Source of the DNA: Octopus vulgaris
Taxonomy: Eukaryota
Direction of reading: 5' to 3'
NCBI GenBank assembly: GCA_951406725.2
Contig: OX597816.1
Coordinates: 155,868,001 to 155,932,000, forward strand
DNA length: 64,000 nt
In this document: piece after piece, positions 56,199 to 64,000 of the stretch
Layout of the letters: every line of letters starts with the position of its first letter
How positions within the stretch are numbered: the stretch's first letter is position 1
Translations under genes and position numbers: made by a program
Notes under the pieces: model-generated
Told to the model about the DNA's origin: nothing
Seen by the model: only the letters and a program-made list of their open reading frames with translations
The model's database searches: none

Positions 56199-56571
56199 CT
56201 ACAAGAATGAAAAAATAGAAAAAGGTTAAACAAAATAGCACTTGGAATAGAGTCACAAAAAAAATGCTGAAATGACATAAATTTACATTTGAATATGCAA
56301 GACATATTCAAATATTATCAAGATTAGTCTCTAAGTGATAATAAATTGTTACATAATGGCTTTCTATATACGAATCACGTGACAGCAATAAACCTCCAAG
56401 TCGAATAAGCATCACTCACTTGAAAGCATTGATTTCATGTTATTGATAGTTGTTAGTTCTATGTCACCTCTGATCGTTTTGGCTTGTGATCGAACACACT
56501 TCAACCGCGACCAACCTGTTTTATTTTGTACATATATGAATACATGATCCACTGTACCCTTCTTTGTTAAT

Positions 56572-56852
56572 CAGCACAGTGTGATTGGAGGAAGATTTCG
56601 ATGTTATTTCTAATAATTCTATCAACAATATCAACATACATATATTCTACGTTGGTGTTATTGTCTTCACCAAACCTGTACCACAGACTGACTAATTCTT
56701 TCTGCCATGGAAACAAAGTGAAGTAAAAGATCTGCTGCCACACAACAGGTTTTGTGAAGCAAATAACATCAACGTAGATTATCACTATGCTGATATTGTT
56801 GATAGAACTATTACAAATAACATCCAAATCTCCCACTAATCACACTGTGCTG
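56572..56852. repeat. Imperfect long inverted repeat, MITE-like, ~108-bp arms
   Basis: cagcacagtgtgattgg...caaacctgt (56572-56679) pairs with acaggttttg...aatcacactgtgctg (56745-56852). Confidence 0.88.
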
Positions 56853-56926
56853 TATATATGTGCATATGTTGTGTGTGTGTGTGTGTGCGTGTGTGTGTGT
56901 GTGTGCGTGCGTGTTTGTGTGTGTGC

Positions 56927-56977
<51 letters not shown>

Positions 56978-57198
56978 TATAATACAAAATGAGACAAGAA
57001 CGTAGGACATCCGGATAACTATGTGACGCAAAAAGGGACACCAAAAACTCCAGATAGACGATACAAAATTAAAAAGGACGGGTCATTCGAAGCTTCCTAT
57101 CCTCAGTCAAGACCCGGATCATCCTCGCAATTTCGGCTGATTAATCTTGAGATTGCTCCAATAGGGGCTGGCCAGATTGGAGCGTTCATGTCCCATTT

Positions 57199-57252
<54 letters not shown>

Positions 57253-57441
57253 TGTCCGAAGTCAGGACGCCATGATAAATCGTTAGCTACTCTAATTGTT
57301 TTTCTCCTTGTTTTTTTTCTGTGTATCTTTCTGTCGAAGAGCGTAGGCTCAAAACGTAAAATACTTTTTCTATTCCTGAGCGCTATACTAATACATTTGT
57401 TTGTTTGTTCTCCACCTGCCTTCGTTTTTTGTTTATTTTCC

Positions 57442-57531
<90 letters not shown>

Positions 57532-57675
57532 CGGCGTACGTACACTTTGTTCTCTTATATGTAAGTATATATATATATATATCATCAATTCAAATAAGCG
57601 TATAATGTAAGAAAGTTAACAGGCAACAAGAGGACCTGAACAAAGATTGTATTGGCTTGACGCTCGGCAAAAAGA

Positions 57676-57710
57676 GTTTGACGTTTCGAGCGTAGCTCTT
57701 CGTCAGCAAG
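57676..57710 (-). ncRNA. Minimal hammerhead motif in a diverged family D copy
   Basis: CUUG CUGACGA A GAGC UAC GCUC GAAA C GUC/ AAAC; core and stem II intact, stem I weakened. Confidence 0.6.
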
Positions 57711-58138
57711 GAGAAAGGGAAGAGTCCAAAGAAGGAAAAGAAATCGCCAATAGCACGTGTGTAGTATGTATATATGTATATATATGTGTGTGTGTGCGTG
57801 TTGTATGTGTTTGTGTATTTATGTATATATATAGACGTATGCAAAATCATGTGAATTTATATATAATATGTATACAATATATTCAAATATATAAGCACAC
57901 ATACACATCTATATATTCCCAATAAACTAGGTTAACTGTGGAACTTAGTGTACTACTCTCGAATACAATGCAAAGTCAGTAGGTGACTTGAACTGTGATT
58001 TAAACAATACTTAGTTCAATACCATATTCACTAGGGCATGGCACTTCTATCTATAATGAAATTTTGTCTAAAGGTTGTGAACACGTGAGAGATTTTTTCA
58101 AGTTCTGTCTTTCCGTTCTCTATAAAAATATATGCGCA

Positions 58139-58217
<79 letters not shown>

Positions 58218-58740
58218 TTTTTTACTCTTTTATACACCCACATATATATAGGTATATTGTTATATTTTATAAAATGCTATGCGTTCAAGGTTGATTTTTT
58301 GGTCGCAAATGTGGACTAACACGCCTACAAATACACACACACTCGTTCGTAAGATAATGTGTGTGTGTGTGCGCGTGTATATATATATATATATGTATGT
58401 ATTCGTAAGATACATACGCATACGAACACACACATACAAATATACATTTATATGTATATATAGATATAGATATATATGTATGTTTATATATATATGCGTA
58501 CATATATATACATATTTACATACACCCACGCGTATATTCACACACACTCACACACACACGAACACACGCATACACACACACACATACATATACATACACC
58601 TCCACGAACCTACATACGCAAATATATTGTTGTCTTTAGTTTTTAATGAAGTCGTTATAATATTGGAAAGCAAAAAGAAAATTTAAGCAACAATTTAGAT
58701 ACAATTTAGATATGTTCGGGTGGCTGTAATATTACCACCG

Positions 58741-59124
58741 CACTCCGTCGGTTACGACGACGAGGGTTCCAGTTGATCCGATGAACGGAACAGTCTGTTC
58801 GTGAAATTAACGTCAACTTGCAAGTGGTTGAGCACTCCACAGACAAGTGTACCCTTAACGTAGTTCTCTGGGAGATTCAGCGTGACACAGGGTGTGACAT
58901 GGCTGGCCCTTTGAAATACAGGTACAACAGAAACAGGAAGAAAGAGGGAGAGAAAGTTGTGTTGAAAGAGTACAGCAGGGTTCGCCTCCACCCCCTGTCT
59001 GAGTATCGTGGAGCTTTAAGTGTTTTCGCTCAATAAACACTCACAACGCCCGGTCTGGGAATCAAAACCGCGATCCTGTGACCGCGAGTCTGTTGCCCTA
59101 ACCACTGGGCCATTGCGCTTCCAC
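58741..59124 (-). mobile_element. tRNA-derived SINE family C, most complete copy
   Basis: Head gtggaagcgcaatggcccagtggttagggc...ggttttgattcccagaccgggcg. Confidence 0.88.
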
Positions 59125-59650
59125 GTCTGGAATATACATACATACATAGACGAACGCACACACAGACACACAGAGACACACACACACTCAAATAATATAA
59201 TAGGAGCAAGGCGTAGCTGTGTGTTAAGAAGCTTGCTTCCCAACCACATGGTTTCGGGTTCAGTCCCACTGCGTGACACTTTGGGCAAGTGTCCTGTCAA
59301 TCAAAGACGTGTGTGTAGTTTTAGTAGAGGGAAACTGTGTCTATGTTAATGCCCCACCACACCTTAACTGCTGTTGGGACACAAGCATACACACACACAG
59401 GCACACACACATACACGCACCCGCACACACAACACACTCACTCGCACACACGCACAGACACAAACACACGCACAGGCACACAACCACACACATACGACAG
59501 TCTTCAATTTCCGCCGATCAAGTCCACTGACAAGGCTTTGATCTTCCCAAGGGTATCGTACAAGACATTTGCCTAAAGTGCCCTGCAATGTGACTGAAAT
59601 TTCACTCACGTGACTGGGAAGCAAACTTCTTAACACACTGCAATGCGTGC

Positions 59651-59690
<40 letters not shown>

Positions 59691-59766
59691 ATATATATAT
59701 ACACACACACACACACATATATATACATATGTATATATATAAATATTTATACATACATACACACTC

Positions 59767-59809
<43 letters not shown>

Positions 59810-59812
59810 CCG

Positions 59813-59873
59813 GATAACTGAAGAGATGGCGGCGTGGATTTCCACCTTGGCATCCGAAACTCGGTGTTTTATC
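59813..59873 (+). ncRNA. Type I hammerhead ribozyme motif upstream of a Penelope ORF
   Basis: GAUAA CUGAAGA GAUG..GUGGA UU UCCAC..CAUC C GAAA C UCGGU GUU/ UUAUC; 5-bp stem I, extended stem II. Confidence 0.7.
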
Positions 59874-59910
59874 ATAGCTATCGAATAATTGTCACATATT
59901 ACATTTAAAG

Positions 59911-59948
<38 letters not shown>

Positions 59949-59952
<4 letters not shown>

Positions 59953-60728
59953 TCATTAAGAAGGCTAATAATGTAATAGAAACAGACATATATTATAAAC
60001 CTACAGATTCTAAGCAATATCTTCCATTCAATTCATGCCACCCCAGACACACCAGGATGAATATCACCTTCAATCTAGCAAAAAGGATATGCACTATAGT
60101 TTCTAATGCAAACACCAAAGACACACGACTACAAGAACTAAAAGATACCCTTATCACCAGGAACTACCCACCTTCACTTATTGACATGTGCATTCAACTT
60201 AACATCAAGGAACTGAGACATCCCAAATCAAAGAAAAACTTACGACCAAAAGCCTTACCATACATCTCCACACACAACCCTCTCAATAATGAAGCCTTCG
60301 GCACCATCCTCCACAACATACCCCTCCTAAAAAAAGACCACAGAATGAACACAATCCTCCAAACACACACGATCATAAAAAGCAAGAGACAGCCTAAATC
60401 TATGAAAAGTCTCTTAACACAAGCCCGAATACACTCTTCAACACAGAAGCCGACAGTAAAAAAATGTGGAAGACCCAATTGCGGGATATGCGATTATCTA
60501 ATTGAGGGATCAGAGTTCTCCTTCAAACAGGGACAACGGTTTACAGTGAAAAGCAACTTCACATGTGCTTCGGAGAGCCTAATATACTCACTAACCTGCT
60601 CCGGGTGTCAAGAGCAGTACGTAGGCCAAACAAAAAATAGTTTGCGTAAAAGAATGGCCCTGCACAGATCCCAGATAAATATTCCCCAAAACAGAAAAAT
60701 AGCTTTCAGCCAACACATAGATACTTAA
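59949..60728 (+). mobile_element. 5'-truncated Penelope-like retroelement ORF (RT thumb, Cys-rich linker, GIY-YIG endonuclease; Neptune-like)
   Basis: IETDIYYKPTDSKQYLPFNSCHPRH...NITFNLAKRICTIVS...CGRPNCGIC...LIYSLTCSGCQEQYVGQTKNSLRKRMALHRS; starts at a (TA)n run. Confidence 0.93.
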
Positions 60729-61397
60729 CGGGACTACGACAAACGATTAATATACCTCAACTTTAGAATAAAAGAAATACACACACACATATTACATTCC
60801 AAAGAATCCATTACAAATCAGCCCCAATCACAGCTATAATCCATAACGTGCCAACTTCAAGTCATACAACACCTCACTACTTTCACCCATTCATATTATC
60901 CCTTCTCTTTTTTCTTCTTCTTCCTCTTCTTCTTCATCATCATCATTATCATCATCATTGTCGTCATCATCATCACCATCATCATCATCTTCTTCTCCTT
61001 CTCCTTCTTCTTCTTCATCATCATCATCAACATCGTCATCTTCTTCTTCTTCTTCTTCTTCTTCTTCTTCTTCTCCTCTCCTACTTCTTCTCCTCCTTCT
61101 TCTTCTTCTTCTTCTTCTTCTTCTCCACCTTCTACCTCTTAACTTTATCACTAATGCTTTTTAGTATAACACCTATGCAAATTCCATAAACAAACCTTTC
61201 AATAGAAATATTCTCCTGAATTGAACTGCAACTGCTAGCTGCCACTGACCATTCAAAATACGATCATCAAGGCACTCCCAAATTTTTCCACCCCCTCTCT
61301 TCATCAACCTTCTTCTTCTTCTACCCTACCAAGAATTCACAACGGCCTCGTGGGTTGTGGTTTTGATTGTTTAAGCAGTTGTAGCCGAGGAAGGAGA

Positions 61398-61603
61398 CGA
61401 CGACGACGACGACGACGAAGAAGAAGAAGAAGAAGAAGAAGAAGAAGAAGAAGAAGAAGAAGAAGAAGAAGAAGAAGAAGAAGAAGAAGAAGAAGAAGAA
61501 GAAGAAGAAGAAGAAGAAGAAGAAGAAGAAGAAGAAGAAGAAGAAGAAGAAGAAGAAGAAGAAGAAGAAGAAGAAGAAGAAGAAGAAGAAGACGACGACG
61601 ACG
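61398..61603. repeat. Long (GAA)n microsatellite bracketed by (GAC)n; representative of dozens of CA, TA, GA, CATA, CTAT, AAT and CTT arrays in the window
   Basis: Directly visible; these arrays generate most low-complexity ORFs in the track. Confidence 0.99.
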
Positions 61604-62128
61604 TTTTACTTAATCTTTCCACAATTTAATTGTTTTTCATGCTTTAATCTAAGTTGAAGAAGTGGCAAAGTCTGAAACCGGTACTAAAATATTCTTCATG
61701 ATAAAATTGTTTTAGCATTTTCTACCTTGTCCTATTTTCCTTATATATATATATGCGTGTATATGTGTACTGCCGTAATATTGGTTCCCACCACCTCAGG
61801 TGCATAATGAGAGGCAATAGAAACACGATAATGGCTAATGAACCTAATAATGTAATTTTAAATTATGATAGGCCAGCTGCCAAACAAGTCAGGGAATTGT
61901 TTTCAATATACATCCCCAATGAAATGGCTTGGAATTACGATAATTGTTAAACGATACTTGAATTATAAAGGCCCATTGAGTAATCATAAAGTAAAAAGAT
62001 ATAACTAACTTTGGTCATACTCCTTATGGACAAAACAAGAGCAACCTAAGACTTGTCTTGATATTTCTTTGCATGACGTCTCTCTCTATCTCTATCTCCT
62101 CCCCCCGCATGCACACACAGACAGACAG

Positions 62129-62161
<33 letters not shown>

Positions 62162-62318
62162 CGTGTTTATTATGTCAGAACGCACAGAAATATGCCAACA
62201 TGAAACGTGTAAAGAATACGTACTGTATCCGCTGTCTTATTCTATTTACTGTAGCTTCCAAACTCTATTAACTTTAACTCCATGTTTCACACTTCTGACC
62301 TTCGGCTGTGTTTACACA

Positions 62319-62366
<48 letters not shown>

Positions 62367-62739
62367 CACACACACGCACACACATTTTCACACACGCGCG
62401 CACATAGGTTCGTAGGTCGGAAGTGGAATGTATGGATGTATGTATTTGTGAGTGTGTGTATATGACGTATATATATATGGATGTAAATATATATATATAT
62501 ATATATTTACGTACACACACACACATTCACACCCCTACACACGCACACGCACACAAACATATATATGCACAGACACGCAGGTAAACATCATACATGTCAG
62601 TGCAGAGAGGAGAGGAGGGTGGTAATTACTAGAGGGATGGTGAGAAGGAGATAAATAGATTGAGAGAAAGAGAGAGAGAGAGAGAGGGGGGTATCTAGTG
62701 AGATCTAGGCAGTACTAGTTAGTGTATGTCTGCTAAAAA

Positions 62740-63300
62740 ATGAAGTATGTCTATATAGATTTTCTCCACTAATGAAGCCATTTAAGTTTTGTCGTCGTTG
62801 TGTTTATCCATTTTACCCTTGGGTTATTGTTCTAACAAACAAATTGTCTGAAAGTTGCATTCTACTACATTCTGATTATGCATTGGTAAATTTAGATGTA
62901 AACTGTAAACATTTTTGGAAAAAGTCCAAAAACAGAACCAAAAGCAGCCGACATTATTATCAATAAGAAATTATTGTATTTATTCCTTTCCTTTGAAATA
63001 TCACTGGGAACTGTTAATTGAACTTAATTTAAGCGAGTACTTTCCCCATGAATTCTTTTGTATATTTCTTATTTGAAAGTAACGTTCTGATCTGAAGCCC
63101 TGGGGTGATGGGGAATATTGTAGCTTTCATAATGTTGAACTCTTGTTAAGAACTTCTCTCCCCGTCTGTAGCATATATCTTGAAAAGTTCAGGCAATATT
63201 GAATATACTGGTATTGTTTAATCAGGGAGAAAGATAAAATTTTGTGTATCCGTCAACCTTGAAGCGAAAAGCACGAATTTATTTTATACATTTGCAATAT
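62740..63300 (-). mobile_element. Possible very old Penelope/GIY-YIG remnant
   Basis: Minus-strand fragments GESTR and LVEKIYID in the order expected for a GIY-YIG C-terminus; heavily disrupted. Confidence 0.35.
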
Positions 63301-64000
63301 TAAAATATAGAATGTGTTTGGCTGTGGGACACCAGGTAGAAACATAGAGTGATATGAACCGTTTTAGTATACGTGCATGGTAGATGGTTTCCTATTGGAC
63401 TGCGTCAGTGTATGAGAGAGAGAGAGAGAGAGAGAGAAGGGGGCAGAGAGAAAGAAAGAGAGAGCGTGAATGTGTAAATGGACACATATATGCCCTGTGT
63501 AAAGAAATTATTTTATGTCAATGCTCATGATACAAAAATAAACAGTAGAGGTGTGTACCCTATTGATGGCATTGTTTTATGTACAACGCCAAAAAGATAA
63601 ATTGCTTGTTCACTAAGCAGAAAAGGGCTGTTATGGTAAAGGAATGATTCATTATCATATGCGTTTTCACTTGATGTTAATTCAAGGTTTTAGCCAACTG
63701 TGAAAGCTAAGATGTAAATGACGGCAACACCGCGTTAAAAAAAAAAAAGAATAGATATTTTATTTCTAGCAATAAAAAGTAAAAAAATTGATTGTTAAAA
63801 GTTTCAAGCGGGCATAACCTCCCCCCCCCCCCAAAAAAAAACCCCTACCATTCGCTGTCTAATTTACTTTGGAAGAACAGATGTGTGTATCAGTTTATAT
63901 TGTGCCTGATCGTAAGCTTGCTTTGTTATGATTTTGTTAGGTGTAAAGAGCTGTGTTGATGGCCTTCACAGATACTGCCAGACTTCTGACGCTAATGTAC

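Noticed and set aside
56567-56836. ORF as an upstream mGluR exon
   Set aside because: No similarity to Venus-flytrap motifs; it is the inverted repeat.
57075-57140. Minus-strand CUGAGGA...GAAU with CGGGUC/GACCCG stem
   Set aside because: A15.1 missing and no stem I; may be a Penelope-type end but not a supportable ribozyme.
59040-59124. SINE heads as tRNA genes
   Set aside because: Attached to repeated SINE bodies and lacking a complete cloverleaf.

Overview
Eukaryotic, AT-rich, microsatellite-laden DNA; the SINE/LINE repertoire suggests an octopus genome (inferred from repeat recognition only). The window lies inside one minus-strand class C GPCR gene of the metabotropic glutamate receptor family. 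Five phase-compatible GT-AG coding exons were reconstructed by hand (55911-56198, 34369-34503, 28892-29089, 13581-13704, 8414-9335; 1667 nt), covering the second half of the Venus-flytrap domain, the 9-Cys domain and TM1-TM6; the first and last exons were not found in the window. The Lys that binds the distal carboxylate of glutamate is replaced by Leu. The introns hold tRNA-derived SINEs, a full-length dead mariner, CR1-type and RLE-type LINE fragments, Penelope-like (GIY-YIG) remnants and several long fold-backs. The most notable signal is a set of about a dozen minimal hammerhead-ribozyme-like motifs of the Penelope type, several on the pre-mRNA strand, including cores with apparently compensatory U3-A8 and A3-U8 changes. 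Most ORF-track entries are microsatellite artefacts. Repeat boundaries are approximate; nothing was verified computationally.
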